From Patescibacteria group bacterium (lineage in GTDB: Bacteria > Patescibacteriota > Microgenomatia > Levybacterales > GWA1-39-11): a stretch of DNA of 64,000 nucleotides. The stretch covers positions 988 through 64,987 of the forward strand of contig DASZRC010000026.1 in assembly GCA_035549315.1 (NCBI GenBank), in the 5' to 3' direction. The notes beneath the pieces were generated by a model. That model was not told the origin of the DNA and ran no database searches. It saw only the letters and a list, made by a program, of their open reading frames with translations. Positions within the stretch are counted from its first letter, which is position 1. Each line of letters starts with the position of its first letter. Shown here piece by piece: positions 19,009-30,297 of this stretch. The translations under genes were made by a program, and so were the position numbers.

Positions 19009-21404
19009 AGAGTAAATTAATCTTGGTTTTATTGTTTGCTGGAATAATATCCATTGTATTTTTTCATCAAATTCTTAAAGGGTGGATGCCTTTCCCCGGA
19101 GATTTATTAGTTGGTAATCAAGAGCCATACAAATCTTATTCATACCAAGGGTTTGCCCCCGGCGCAGTTCCTAATAAAGCACAAGGTCCGGATGTAATAA
19201 AACAACTTGTTCCCTGGAAGAAATTTGCCATAGATAGTTTTAAAAAAAATCAAATTCCCTTTTGGGACCCCTATAATTTTTCAGGCAATCCTTTAATGGC
19301 AAATTTTCAAAGCGGAGTTTTTTATCCGCTAAATGTCATTTTCTTGACGTTGTCATTTCCAAGTGCTTGGACTATCTATATAGTTCTTACTCCAATTCTT
19401 TCAATATTTTTTATGTATTTATTCCTGGACAGGTTAAAGCTCAAGCCTGCTGCAAGTTTACTTGGTGGAATAAGCTTTTCTTTCTGTCTATACATGGGGG
19501 TGTGGATGGAATATGGAAATATAGGGCACACGCTTTTGTGGTTGCCGTTAATTTTATTTTTAGTTGATAGGTTTATAGATAAGCCTACGCGCTTAGATTT
19601 TTTGGGAATAGTAATTTCTTGTTTGTTGTCTATTCTTGCCGGTTATATTCAGGGAGTATTTTATATTTATGCAGTAGTTGTAATTTATTATTTTGCAAAA
19701 AGTATAAGTCTTAAAAAGATAGATAGAAAAAAGTCTTTATTTTTCTTACTAGCGCTTTTATTTCCGGTACTAATCGCGCTTCCGCAAATTTTACCAACTC
19801 TCGGGCTTTTTGTATATTCCACAAGGGGTAATTATACTTTGGATCAAATTCAAAAAAATCTTAATCCTATTTATTATTTAATAACAACTATTATCCCGGA
19901 CTTTTTTGGTAACCCGGCATCTAGAAATTTTTGGTTTAACGGTACGTATATTGAAAGGGTTTCTTATTTTGGTTTGATTCCTTTTGTCTTTGCAATTTTT
20001 GCTATTTCAACTTTATATAAAAAAATTGAAGTAAGAATATTTTCAATACTATTTGTTTTTACTTTGTTAATATCAACCGACATTTTTGTTACCAGATTTT
20101 TTTATCTAATTCCTATTCCGGTAATCTCAACAACAGTTGCAACAAGAATTCTTTCTATATTTAGTTTTTCGGGAGCAGTTCTTGCGGCTTATGGATTTAA
20201 TCATTTATTGGATCTAAAAGATAAAAAGAAGTTTTATATTATTTCTTCAATTGCCTTTATTTTTATTGCAGGGCTTTTTGTTTATGTAAATATCTATCCC
20301 AAAATCTCCAACAATGCTAATTTGATTAATGATTTTCAAACTTCAAAACGAAACATTATTATTCCAATGGCCACTATAATTTTGTTAATGCTTTCAACTT
20401 TTGCGCTTTTTCTAAAAAACTTTTCCAAGAGAAACTATAAATCATATTTATATATAATTTTAATATTAGTTATTTCATCTTTTGAGCTTTTTTATTATTT
20501 TCAAAAGATCACGCCATTTTCTCCAAAAGAATTTTTATATCCTCAAACTCCAGTTACCAAATTTTTAAAGGAAGAAGCGGGTATAAATAGAGCATGGGGA
20601 TACGGGTCTGCCTATATGGAGAGTAATTTCCAAACATTTGATAATACTTATTCAACAGAGGGTAATGATCCGCTTCACATAAAAAGTTACACAGAATTAC
20701 TTGCTGCAAGCAAGGATGGTAAGATCCCCAATATGTTGCCAAGGCCGGATGCAAATATTGCACCGGGATTTGGTAAGAGTGATTTAGTCTCTAATCTGTA
20801 TAGGAAAAAAGTGTTAGATATTACTGGCGTAAAATATATAATCAATAAAGATGAGAGTATTAATGGTAAATTTAACCCTGACTACACAACTTTTCCTGAA
20901 GATAAATATAAATTAGTCTGGCAGGAAGGTTATTGGCAGGCCTATGAAAATCTTAATGCTACGCCACGTTTTTTTGTTACAAATAATTACCAAGTAATAG
21001 ACGGTAATAAGGTTCTAGAGAAAATATTTGATAAAACTTTTGATGAAAAAAGGCAAATAGTTTTATCATCTAATCCGGGTATTAAGTCAGGGGTTTCATC
21101 AGGGAGTGCAAGACTTGTCTTCTATTCACCCAACAAAATTATAATAGATACAAATTCCAAAGTTCCTGCCCTTCTTTTTCTATCTGATAATTTCTATCCG
21201 GATTGGTCAGCAAGCGTTAATGGAAAAGAGGCTAAAGTTTTTCTGGCTGATTATACATTTAGAGCAGTTCCAGTCTCCAAAGGAAGCAGTAGGGTTATTT
21301 TTGAATTTAAAGCTAAAAAATTCTACTATGGATTATATATATCAATTGCCTCCATATTTATGCTGTTAGTTACATTGTTGGCAATGAATAAATATGAAAA
21401 ATAA
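19005..21404 (+). CDS. YfhO-family membrane glycosyltransferase (GT-C)
   Basis: PFWDPYNFSGNPLMANFQSGVFYPLN, PDFFGNP, C-terminal YPDW.A...ADYTFRAV. Confidence 0.8.
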   Translation: MKSKLILVLLFAGIISIVFFHQILKGWMPFPGDLLVGNQEPYKSYSYQGFAPGAVPNKAQGPDVIKQLVPWKKFAIDSFKKNQIPFWDPYNFSGNPLMANFQSGVFYPLNVIFLTLSFPSAWTIYIVLTPILSIFFMYLFLDRLKLKPAASLLGGISFSFCLYMGVWMEYGNIGHTLLWLPLILFLVDRFIDKPTRLDFLGIVISCLLSILAGYIQGVFYIYAVVVIYYFAKSISLKKIDRKKSLFFLLALLFPVLIALPQILPTLGLFVYSTRGNYTLDQIQKNLNPIYYLITTIIPDFFGNPASRNFWFNGTYIERVSYFGLIPFVFAIFAISTLYKKIEVRIFSILFVFTLLISTDIFVTRFFYLIPIPVISTTVATRILSIFSFSGAVLAAYGFNHLLDLKDKKKFYIISSIAFIFIAGLFVYVNIYPKISNNANLINDFQTSKRNIIIPMATIILLMLSTFALFLKNFSKRNYKSYLYIILILVISSFELFYYFQKITPFSPKEFLYPQTPVTKFLKEEAGINRAWGYGSAYMESNFQTFDNTYSTEGNDPLHIKSYTELLAASKDGKIPNMLPRPDANIAPGFGKSDLVSNLYRKKVLDITGVKYIINKDESINGKFNPDYTTFPEDKYKLVWQEGYWQAYENLNATPRFFVTNNYQVIDGNKVLEKIFDKTFDEKRQIVLSSNPGIKSGVSSGSARLVFYSPNKIIIDTNSKVPALLFLSDNFYPDWSASVNGKEAKVFLADYTFRAVPVSKGSSRVIFEFKAKKFYYGLYISIASIFMLLVTLLAMNKYEK

Positions 21405-22941
21405 ATACATAATACTTGGTCTACTTATTTTATTGCTAATTCCATCTGTATGGTTTCTAGCAAAAAGCGGATTCGTTCTAACAGATGATGGAAACTGGAT
21501 GATAATTCGTTTCTCAGCATTTTACCAGGCTTTACGGGATGGACAATTTCCCGTTAGGTTTCTATCCAGGCTTAACTTTTCTTATGGATATCCTGTTGCT
21601 AATTTTTTGTATCCGGGCTTTATGTATATTGGTGTTCCAATAAAGCTTGCCGGTTTTAGTTTTGAACAGACAATAAAGGCAATTATTGCTGCCTCTTTTA
21701 TAGGTGGGGGAGTTTTTACATATTTTTGGCTTAAGAAGATTTTTGATGATATAAGTTCTTTTTTCGGGGCGATTTTATATACCTACGCTCCTTATCATTT
21801 GTTCGATGCATACAAGAGAGGGTCAGTTGGAGAAGTATTGTCTCTTGCGGTTTTGCCATTTGTTCTTTGGCAAATAGAGAGGGGCAGTATTTTCTGGATG
21901 GCAATTGGTATTGCTGCTTTAATAATTTCCCACAATACATTGGCGATACTCTTCTTGGGGTTTGTTATTGTTTACGTTTTTGCCAAAAGTTATGGTGTAA
22001 AGAAAAACAAAAAAAACATAGAAAACTATATTTTGGCTTTGGTTATGGGGCTTACCTTATCTGCTTTCTTTTGGCTTCCGGCAGTTTTTGAGCTAGGCTA
22101 TACGGTATTTTCATCAACTAAAATATCTGATTATTCCAAATATTTTGCAGACATAAGCCTTATTGGTATACCAACGTTTATCGTAATGGTAGCTGCATTG
22201 ATTTTGTTTGTTGTAAATAAATTAAAGCCCCAGAAAAATCTGCTCACAATTGCGGTATTTTTAATGGGTATTCTATCTATATATATGTCATCACAATTCT
22301 CATCATTTATTTGGGCTTATTTGCCTGTATCTTTTATTCAATTTCCGTTTAGGGTTTTATCGGTTACAATAATTTGCTTTGCTTATCTTTCTGCTTTTGC
22401 CCTAAATCAAACAAGAAATATCTACAAAATTGTATTTGGCTCAATTCTTCTAGTAGGTTGTTTATACATATCTATGAATACTATCTTTTATCCTAAACTT
22501 GTTAATAATGATGATTCTTTCTACTCTACAAATGAGGCAACTACAACGGTTATGGATGAATATATGCCGACTTGGGTTAAGGTAAAGCCCACTTCCCATC
22601 CGGATGATAGGATATTTATATTAAAGGGGCAGGGGGATGTTCAGAATATTATTAATGATTCCAATACTATTACTTTTGATTACTTGTCAAAGTCGCCATC
22701 TGTTGTGAGGATAAATACAATTTATTATCCCGGTTGGAAAGCATATTCAGGAAATAATGAAAAGGCCATTTTCTATGACAATAATCAAGGCTTAATGGAC
22801 CTAAAGTTAGAAGGCGGAAATCAAAAAATAAAGCTTATATTTGGTGAGACTCCAATTAGGGTTCTGGCAGATTTTGTGTCACTAATTACTTTATTGGTTT
22901 TAATAGCATCGGAAATTAAAAAATTTGACTTCAATAAATAA
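21394..22941 (+). CDS. '6-pyruvoyl-tetrahydropterin synthase-related' membrane protein (GT-C-like)
   Basis: TDDG...R...GQFPVR...YGYP, YAPYH...RG..GE, SHN, QFPFR, YYPGW. Confidence 0.75.
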   Translation: MKNKYIILGLLILLLIPSVWFLAKSGFVLTDDGNWMIIRFSAFYQALRDGQFPVRFLSRLNFSYGYPVANFLYPGFMYIGVPIKLAGFSFEQTIKAIIAASFIGGGVFTYFWLKKIFDDISSFFGAILYTYAPYHLFDAYKRGSVGEVLSLAVLPFVLWQIERGSIFWMAIGIAALIISHNTLAILFLGFVIVYVFAKSYGVKKNKKNIENYILALVMGLTLSAFFWLPAVFELGYTVFSSTKISDYSKYFADISLIGIPTFIVMVAALILFVVNKLKPQKNLLTIAVFLMGILSIYMSSQFSSFIWAYLPVSFIQFPFRVLSVTIICFAYLSAFALNQTRNIYKIVFGSILLVGCLYISMNTIFYPKLVNNDDSFYSTNEATTTVMDEYMPTWVKVKPTSHPDDRIFILKGQGDVQNIINDSNTITFDYLSKSPSVVRINTIYYPGWKAYSGNNEKAIFYDNNQGLMDLKLEGGNQKIKLIFGETPIRVLADFVSLITLLVLIASEIKKFDFNK

Positions 22942-22942
22942 A

Positions 22943-24664
22943 ATGAAAATTAAGAAATATTTACCAGACATTGTGTATTTAGCTGTTTATTTTATCCTGG
23001 GCTTATTAACAATTCTTCCTTTCTTTAAGCCGGGCTTTTTTGCATTCCATGACGACGTTCAGGTTTCAAGATTCTATGAGATGGGGCAAGCTTTGATATC
23101 TGGACAATTTCCAGTGAGATGGGTTGGGGATTTGGGTTATGGATTTGGTTATCCAATATTTAATTTTTACTCTGTGCTCCCATATTATATAGGTGGTTTT
23201 ATAAATGTATTTGGCGCGGACGCTTTAATTGCAGCAAAAACGGTTTTTGTAATTGGAATTTTGCTTTCTGGATTATCCATGTTTTTTCTAATCAAAGAAT
23301 TTTTTGGTAGACTACCTGCTTTGGTGGCATCAATTGCGTATTTATACTTTCCATATCATGCTGTGAATATCTATGTCAGGGGAGATCTTGCTGAGCTTTT
23401 TGCTTATGCTATCCTTCCTTTGGTTTTTTTGGGACTTTTAAAAATTCATTACTCAAAGGCTAACTTGATTCCTAAGGCGGCAATCATTATTTTGTCTTTG
23501 TCTCTTTTTGCTTTAATAATCTCCCACAATCTATCGGCCTTAATGATGGGAATTTTTATAACTATTTTTGTAGTTGTTTCATTAGTTGCTACAAAAAATA
23601 AAGAAATATATAAATGGTATTTAATTTCATTCTTAATCGCCTTTTTGCTATCTGCTTTTTATACAATACCGGTTCTTTTTGAAATGAAATATACAAATGT
23701 ACTATCACAAGTTGGAATAGGTGGGGGATCAAACTATAAGGACCATTTTCTTTGCATTAACCAATTGTGGAATAGTCCTTGGGGATTTGGTGGATCAACC
23801 AAAGGGTGTATTGCTGATGGGCTTAGTTTTAGATTGGGGAAGATTTATATTTTACTAACTCTTATATCAATTGCCCTGGCAGGATTTTATTTTAAAAAAA
23901 TTAAAGACAAGGCAATGATTTTATTTATTTCAATTGCCTTCCTTCTATTCAGTATATTTATGACTTTGGAGGTCTCGGGCATTATATGGTCTATCCCATA
24001 TATGAATTTTTTGCAGTTCCCATGGAGATTTTTAAATTTTGCGGGATTGTTTATGGCAACTTTAATTGGAATTTCTGTTTATTTAATAGAAAAGGTTTCT
24101 AAAAAAGAAATCTATACTATTGTTGCAGGTCTTATGGTGATAGGAATAATATTCTTTAATGCTAAGTTATTTGCGCCACAGGAGTATCTTAATAGGGAAG
24201 CATCATATTATACAAATAAATATTATCTCAATTGGACTGCATCAAAAATATCGGATGAATATCTCCCTAAAAATTTTAAAAAGCCCACCAATTCTCATGA
24301 CGTGTGGAATTATCCCTTTGAGGCTATACTGCCAAATGGCAACTTGCCCTTACCAAATAAGTTAGTTACAAAAACTCCAACAGATTTGGTTGCTACAACA
24401 AATTTGGCAAATAATTTTGGAGTTGTGGCAAAAACTCCCTATTTTCCTGCATGGAATATTTATATAGATGGTAAAAAAGTGAATTATAAGATTAAAAATG
24501 GAGAAATGTATTTTTCGTTGCCTGCAGGACCCCATAAGATAGAAATTCGTTTTGAACAGACAAGAATTGAGCTTTTGGGTGATTTATTAACTGTTATTGG
24601 AGTTGTAGCTATTTCTATTGTTATAATAAATAAGTCCAAATTTTATGGCAGAAAAACTTCCTGA
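22943..24664 (+). CDS. PTPS-related membrane protein (GT-C-like)
   Basis: FHDD..R, GQFPVRW, GYP, PYHAVNIYVRG, SHN, QFPWR, YFPAW; track start 22925. Confidence 0.75.
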   Translation: MKIKKYLPDIVYLAVYFILGLLTILPFFKPGFFAFHDDVQVSRFYEMGQALISGQFPVRWVGDLGYGFGYPIFNFYSVLPYYIGGFINVFGADALIAAKTVFVIGILLSGLSMFFLIKEFFGRLPALVASIAYLYFPYHAVNIYVRGDLAELFAYAILPLVFLGLLKIHYSKANLIPKAAIIILSLSLFALIISHNLSALMMGIFITIFVVVSLVATKNKEIYKWYLISFLIAFLLSAFYTIPVLFEMKYTNVLSQVGIGGGSNYKDHFLCINQLWNSPWGFGGSTKGCIADGLSFRLGKIYILLTLISIALAGFYFKKIKDKAMILFISIAFLLFSIFMTLEVSGIIWSIPYMNFLQFPWRFLNFAGLFMATLIGISVYLIEKVSKKEIYTIVAGLMVIGIIFFNAKLFAPQEYLNREASYYTNKYYLNWTASKISDEYLPKNFKKPTNSHDVWNYPFEAILPNGNLPLPNKLVTKTPTDLVATTNLANNFGVVAKTPYFPAWNIYIDGKKVNYKIKNGEMYFSLPAGPHKIEIRFEQTRIELLGDLLTVIGVVAISIVIINKSKFYGRKTS

Positions 24665-25358
24665 ATTATCCGTCTTCTTTCCTTTTTGGAACGAAGAGAA
24701 AAATATTGAAAAAGTTGTTGGCTCAGCTGTTGAGGTTGCAAGCCGTGTAGCTTCAAAGTGGGAGATAATAATAGTTGATGACGGATCAAAAGATTCAACG
24801 CTCGAGAAGGCTAAGAAGTTGGCTTCAAGTAATCCGAATATAAAGATAATTTCTCATAATCCAAATAGAGGATATGGAGCAGCACTCAAAGAAGGGCTTA
24901 TCAATTCAAAATATGAATACGTTGCGTTTACAGACGGTGACGGGCAATTTGACTTTAATGAAATTGACAAATTTATAGCAGAAATAAAGGACGCAGATAT
25001 GGTAATTGGTTATAAGGTTAAAAGAAATGACCCATTCGGTAGATTAGTATTAATGAATATGTTAAAGGCTTGGGATTATATGTTTTTCTCTCTTTGGTTC
25101 AGAGATATTGATTGTGGATTCAAAATGTTTAGAAAAAAAGCGTTAGATGAAATCATGCCATTAAGATCAGAAGGCGCTATGATCACTACGGAAATCCTGG
25201 CAAAAGCTATAAGGAAGAAGTTAGTTATAAAAGAAGTACCGGTTAATCATTATCCAAGGCAATTTGGTGAACAGTCTGGAGCAAATATTCCGGTAGTTAT
25301 TAGAGCAGTTCTCGAAAGTTTAATTTTATGGTGGGATATAAAGAATAGGAGAGTGTAA
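24645..25358 (+). CDS. GT2 polyprenol-phosphate glycosyltransferase (DPM-like)
   Basis: PFWNEE, VDDGSKD, NRGYGAA, FTDGDGQF, DIDCGFK, EVPVNHYPR. Confidence 0.85.
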   Translation: MAEKLPELSVFFPFWNEEKNIEKVVGSAVEVASRVASKWEIIIVDDGSKDSTLEKAKKLASSNPNIKIISHNPNRGYGAALKEGLINSKYEYVAFTDGDGQFDFNEIDKFIAEIKDADMVIGYKVKRNDPFGRLVLMNMLKAWDYMFFSLWFRDIDCGFKMFRKKALDEIMPLRSEGAMITTEILAKAIRKKLVIKEVPVNHYPRQFGEQSGANIPVVIRAVLESLILWWDIKNRRV

Positions 25359-25367
25359 TCATACAAT

Positions 25368-26807
25368 ATGGACTCCACGAAGGATATAGTAAAACACAGC
25401 ATTAATGGGGTAGTGGCTTTAATATCTAAGACTATAATTCTTGAGATCTTTTTTGGTACAACATCAATAATAATATTCAGCGTACTTACACAGGCTGAAG
25501 TAGGATTGTATGCCGTTGTAATATCTATTCAGAGGGTTATTAGTTTTGTTACAGATTTTGGATTTGGTGCCGCTTTGGTGCAGAAAAAGGACGAAATCAC
25601 CACAAAAGATTTACACACAACATTTACGCTACAAGCATCATTAACATTTGGTATTTTTTTATTGACGCTGATTTTAAGACCCCAGCTTATGAGTTTCTTC
25701 CATCTTGGGAATGAAGGTTACCTACTTTTACTGGTTCTAGTTTTTACAATATTTTTATCTTCCTTCAAGGTTATTCCCTCAATACTTTTGGAGCGTAAAA
25801 TTCACTTTCATAAACTTATAATTCCACAAACCGTTGAGACAATTGCATTTAACATAGTGCTTCTTTCTCTGGTTTTGAATCATTTTGGAATAAATAGTTA
25901 TACTTGGGCTTTCCTAATATCTAGTATTATAAGTATTCCCGTATACTATTTTGTTTCTCCTTGGGAGGTTGGGGTTGGTGTACACAAAGAATCATTAACC
26001 CATCTTAAGTTTGGACTGCAATTTCAGGCAAAAAACGTTTTGGCAACGATTAAAGACGATTTTATAACTGTAATACTGGCAAAGTTTTTAACTTTTACTC
26101 AAATTGGATTTATTGGATTTGCACAAAACCTAGCATTCTATCCTTATAGATATTTTGTAGATAGCGTGACTAGAGTAACCTTTTCAACTTATGCAAGAAT
26201 GCAAGGAGACTTAGATCTTCTAAAGAAGACAATAGAAAAATCCTTATTTTTTGTAAGCCTTATAATGTTTCCTGTTTTGGTGGGGCTAATGGTGACTGCT
26301 CCATATATTATAGAGTTCTTCCCAAAGTGGAATGGTAAATGGGAGCCTGCTTATCTGAGCTTAGTGTTCTTTGCTCTAAATGCGATGATCTCATCTCTTT
26401 CCGGAATTCTTGTTAACGTTTTAGATTCAAACGGCAAGGTAAAGCTCACACTGAGGCTCATGGGAATTTGGACAGCTCTTACATGGATACTAACCTTTTT
26501 GTTCATATACCTATGGGGATATAACGGTGTAGCTATAGCGTCATTTATGGTTACATTAACGATTTTCTACACTGTCTATTTGGTAAAGCAAATCGTAGAT
26601 TTTTCTATGCTCAGATCTATTTATCAACCTCTTATATCTGCTGTTATAATGGGTTTGGGAGTATATTTCCTTTGTCGTATATTTGCGACAAACCTTTTTA
26701 CTTTGGTAATTGTTAGTGGGGTTGGTGCAGCAATTTACCTAACTATAATGTACTTTATGATTGGAAAAGAAATCATCCAAGATATTAAATTAATCTTAAA
26801 AAGATGA
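25368..26807 (+). CDS. Wzx/MOP-family oligosaccharide flippase
   Basis: DFGFGAALVQKK, TFTLQ, LLER, VTFSTYAR; many TM segments. Confidence 0.85.
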   Translation: MDSTKDIVKHSINGVVALISKTIILEIFFGTTSIIIFSVLTQAEVGLYAVVISIQRVISFVTDFGFGAALVQKKDEITTKDLHTTFTLQASLTFGIFLLTLILRPQLMSFFHLGNEGYLLLLVLVFTIFLSSFKVIPSILLERKIHFHKLIIPQTVETIAFNIVLLSLVLNHFGINSYTWAFLISSIISIPVYYFVSPWEVGVGVHKESLTHLKFGLQFQAKNVLATIKDDFITVILAKFLTFTQIGFIGFAQNLAFYPYRYFVDSVTRVTFSTYARMQGDLDLLKKTIEKSLFFVSLIMFPVLVGLMVTAPYIIEFFPKWNGKWEPAYLSLVFFALNAMISSLSGILVNVLDSNGKVKLTLRLMGIWTALTWILTFLFIYLWGYNGVAIASFMVTLTIFYTVYLVKQIVDFSMLRSIYQPLISAVIMGLGVYFLCRIFATNLFTLVIVSGVGAAIYLTIMYFMIGKEIIQDIKLILKR

Positions 26808-27730
26808 AACAGACTTTATCGGTTGTAATAACTGCCTACAATGAGGAGCTAAATATTAAGGCGTGTCTTGAATCTTTGGGTGATTTGGCTGATGAAATTA
26901 TTGTTGTAGATAACTCATCTGTTGATAAGACAGAGGAAATTGCAAAAAAATATACAAAAAAAGTTTATAAGCAAAAAAACGATCCAAGTAAAATAGACAT
27001 TCAAAAGAATTACGGATTTTCAAAAGCAACAGGTGATTGGATATTAAGCCTCGATGCTGATGAGCGTTTAACCCCGGATCTTTCTAAGGAAATAAAATCT
27101 GTTATTAGTGGTGATAGTTCTCTGGTTGGCTATTGGATACCAAGGAAGAATATAATATTTAAAAAATGGATTCAGAGTGAAATGTGGTGGCCAGATTATC
27201 AACTAAGGTTATTTAAAAAAGATTTTGGAAAGTATGATAAAAATTCAGTTCACAAAGTAATCACGGTAAGTGGAGAGACTGGAAAACTTACAAACCCCTT
27301 TGTACATGAAAATTATATTAGTGTTGACCAATATCTACTTAAGCTTATTAATTACACAACAATAGAAGCAGATATGTTGATTGACCAAGGATACACATTT
27401 AATTGGTTAGATTCTGTGAGATTTCCCACTAATGATTTTCTAAAGACTTTCTTTTTGCAAAAAGGTTATCAGGATGGATTGCATGGTTTGGTTTTAAGTA
27501 TACTTCAGGCTTTCTACATGGAAGTAGTATTTGTAAAAGTTTGGCAAAAGAATAAATTTATTGAAGTTAAAGGGCCAGGTTTTTTTGCTGAAACACTAAA
27601 AGAATTCAAAAACTCACTTAGGCACTCCAAATATTGGGCTACAACTGTCGAAATAGATAAGACAAAAAATCCAATTAAAAAAATTGGACTAAAAGTTTTG
27701 AGAAAAGCTGCTTCTGACTCTGCCTCTTAA
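26804..27730 (+). CDS. GT2 glycosyltransferase (WaaE/beta-1,4-glucosyltransferase-like)
   Basis: AYNEE, VVDNSS.D, WILSLDADE, PDYQLRLF, GYQDGLHG. Confidence 0.85.
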   Translation: MKQTLSVVITAYNEELNIKACLESLGDLADEIIVVDNSSVDKTEEIAKKYTKKVYKQKNDPSKIDIQKNYGFSKATGDWILSLDADERLTPDLSKEIKSVISGDSSLVGYWIPRKNIIFKKWIQSEMWWPDYQLRLFKKDFGKYDKNSVHKVITVSGETGKLTNPFVHENYISVDQYLLKLINYTTIEADMLIDQGYTFNWLDSVRFPTNDFLKTFFLQKGYQDGLHGLVLSILQAFYMEVVFVKVWQKNKFIEVKGPGFFAETLKEFKNSLRHSKYWATTVEIDKTKNPIKKIGLKVLRKAASDSAS

Positions 27731-27731
27731 A

Positions 27732-28640
27732 ATGAAAATATCTATAGTTATTCTAAATTATAAAAGTGCTGATATTACAATTAATTGTTTAAGATCATTA
27801 AGAAAAATAAATACCGGAAAAGAGAAAATAGAAATAATTGTTGTAGATAATAATTCGGGCGATGATATTAAAACTCAGGTTTTAAATAATTTTCCAGAAG
27901 TAATTCTATTGGAAAATTCAGTTAACTTGGGTTTTTCCGGAGGGTCAAATGAGGGCGCCCGATACGCATTAAAAAATGGTGCAGACGCTGTATTGTTTCT
28001 TAACAACGATACCATTGTAGATAAAAATTTGGTTCTAGAATTAGCAGAAGAAGTTAATAAAGACGAGGTGGGTGGGGTAGTTCCAAAAATATATTTTGAA
28101 AAAGGTTACGAATTTCATAAAGCAAGATATAAAAAAGAGGATCTGGGCAAAGTAATTTGGTACGCCGGCGGACGAATGGATTGGTCAAATTTAATTGGAC
28201 AAAATGTTGGCGTAGATGAGGTTGATAATGGACAATTTGATGATAGAAAAGAAATAAAACTTGCTACCGGTTGTTGTTTTATGGTTAGCTCTAAAACCCT
28301 TAATAGGGTTGGGCTATATGATGATAAATATTTCTTATACTATGAAGATGCAGACCTATCAGAAAGAATTAATAGGGCGGGGTTAAAAATTATTTACCAG
28401 CCAAAAGCTATCCTTTGGCACAAGAATGCAGGTTCTAGTGGTGGATCGGGTTCTGAACTTCAGGATTACTATATTTCTAGAAATAGAATGTTGTTTGGTA
28501 TGAAATATGCACCAATAAAAACTAAGACTGCACTTATTAAAGAAAGCTTAAGATTACTTACAATTGGTAGGAAATGGCAAAAAAAAGGAATAAAGGATTA
28601 TTACAGAGGGAAATTTGGAAAAGGTAGTTATAATATTTAG
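27732..28640 (+). CDS. GT2 glycosyltransferase (WbbL/rhamnosyltransferase-like)
   Basis: ILNY, VVDNNS, NLGFSGG.N, FLNND, TGCC, FLYYEDAD, YYISRNR. Confidence 0.85.
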   Translation: MKISIVILNYKSADITINCLRSLRKINTGKEKIEIIVVDNNSGDDIKTQVLNNFPEVILLENSVNLGFSGGSNEGARYALKNGADAVLFLNNDTIVDKNLVLELAEEVNKDEVGGVVPKIYFEKGYEFHKARYKKEDLGKVIWYAGGRMDWSNLIGQNVGVDEVDNGQFDDRKEIKLATGCCFMVSSKTLNRVGLYDDKYFLYYEDADLSERINRAGLKIIYQPKAILWHKNAGSSGGSGSELQDYYISRNRMLFGMKYAPIKTKTALIKESLRLLTIGRKWQKKGIKDYYRGKFGKGSYNI

Positions 28641-28656
28641 CTTATAGATTTAAAAT

Positions 28657-30297
28657 ATGGAACTTATCAAAAAAAACTTAGGTTTAATAATAGTTATTAT
28701 TCTTGGGGCAATTCCTTTATTTAGCTTGTTGCACCCGGGTCTTCCTTTAACTCATGATGGCCAAGATCATGTTGCAAGAATTGCTAATTTCTATCAATCT
28801 CTCAGCGAAGGCAACATAATTCCTAGATGGGCTGGGAATCTTGATTGGGGATATGGGCACCCCATCTTGATGTTTTTGTATCCATTCTCGTCATACGCCG
28901 CATCTTTTTTTCACTTCTTGGGATTTAATTTTGTAGATTCTCTTAAGATCGTATTTGGTTTGGGTTTTATCGCCAGTGGCATATGTATGTATATTTGGTT
29001 AAGAGAATTCTTAGGAGAGAAGGTAGCAATTGCCGGAGCTACGCTCTATCTGTATGCTCCCTATAGATTTGTTGATCTGTATGTTAGAGGAGCAATAGGA
29101 GAGCACATGGCCTTTATTTTTCCACCTTTAATTGCATACTTCCTTATCAAAATGGTAAATAAAAAATCTTACTGGTATTTTCTTGGGGCCACATTATCCA
29201 TTGCCGGACTTATACTATCCCACAATGCATTATTAATAATGTTTCTTCCAATCATTATGATCTATGGTTTATACCTAATTCTTACTAATAAAAAACAATC
29301 CCAAAGATTAATTATTGAATATCTATTAGCTCTATTGTTAGGATTTAGTCTTTCATCATTCTTTATAATTCCGGCATTTTTAGAAGGTAAATACACCTTG
29401 CGTGATATTGTTACCGATGGGGAAGTATTAAAAAGATTTGTCCAATTTAAAAATATAATATATAGTCCGTGGGGGTATGGAGATTTCTCTGTTCAGCTAG
29501 GGATTGCGCAGTGGGCTACGATAATTTTCTTTCCTTTTGTTATTTATAAACTCAAAAAAAATACAAATAATTTAATTCTTTATTTAATATTTTTTGTATA
29601 TTTCTTGGGAAGTATAGTCATAATGCTTCCCGAGGCAAAACTAATTTGGCAAGTTATTACAACGCTTCAAAAATTCCAATTCCCTTGGAGATTTTTGTCT
29701 GCCTCTGTTTTTTCGGCAGCTCTTTTAGGAAGCTTTTTTGTTTTTGTACTTAAGAAAAATGTTCAGCTATTGGGAGTTGTATTGATTGTTGTTTTTTCAA
29801 TTATTTTGACTAAAACCTACTGGCAACCAAAGGCATATCTTATGAAGCCGGAAGCTTTTTATACAGGGATTTATAACGGGACAACAGATACCGGTGAAAG
29901 TGCTCCTATTTGGTCGGTAAGGTTTATGGAGAACCGTCCAAAAGCCAGAATTGAGGTAATCGAAGGGAAAGCCACTATTAAAAATGTTTCTAGAAATTCT
30001 ACAGAGCATGTATATACAGTTGTCTCTAATGGCAATTCAGGATTAAGAGAGAATACATTATTCTTTCCGGGATGGAAAGTTTATATAGATGGTGTTGAGT
30101 ATCAAAATGTTGAATTTCAAGATCCTCATAACCGAGGCTTGATGACTTTCAAGGTTCCCAATGGGGAACATAAAGTTGATATTAAATTTGAAAACACCAA
30201 GCTTAGGACCATATCAAATGTTATATCACTTGTTTCAATAGCTATTGTTTTTCTTGTGTATTTTGTGTGGAAGCAGAGAATTAAAAAACTAACATGA
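28657..30297 (+). CDS. PTPS-related membrane protein (GT-C-like)
   Basis: THDG..HVAR, PRW, GYGHP, APYRFVDLYVRG..GE, SHN, QFPWR, FFPGW. Confidence 0.75.
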   Translation: MELIKKNLGLIIVIILGAIPLFSLLHPGLPLTHDGQDHVARIANFYQSLSEGNIIPRWAGNLDWGYGHPILMFLYPFSSYAASFFHFLGFNFVDSLKIVFGLGFIASGICMYIWLREFLGEKVAIAGATLYLYAPYRFVDLYVRGAIGEHMAFIFPPLIAYFLIKMVNKKSYWYFLGATLSIAGLILSHNALLIMFLPIIMIYGLYLILTNKKQSQRLIIEYLLALLLGFSLSSFFIIPAFLEGKYTLRDIVTDGEVLKRFVQFKNIIYSPWGYGDFSVQLGIAQWATIIFFPFVIYKLKKNTNNLILYLIFFVYFLGSIVIMLPEAKLIWQVITTLQKFQFPWRFLSASVFSAALLGSFFVFVLKKNVQLLGVVLIVVFSIILTKTYWQPKAYLMKPEAFYTGIYNGTTDTGESAPIWSVRFMENRPKARIEVIEGKATIKNVSRNSTEHVYTVVSNGNSGLRENTLFFPGWKVYIDGVEYQNVEFQDPHNRGLMTFKVPNGEHKVDIKFENTKLRTISNVISLVSIAIVFLVYFVWKQRIKKLT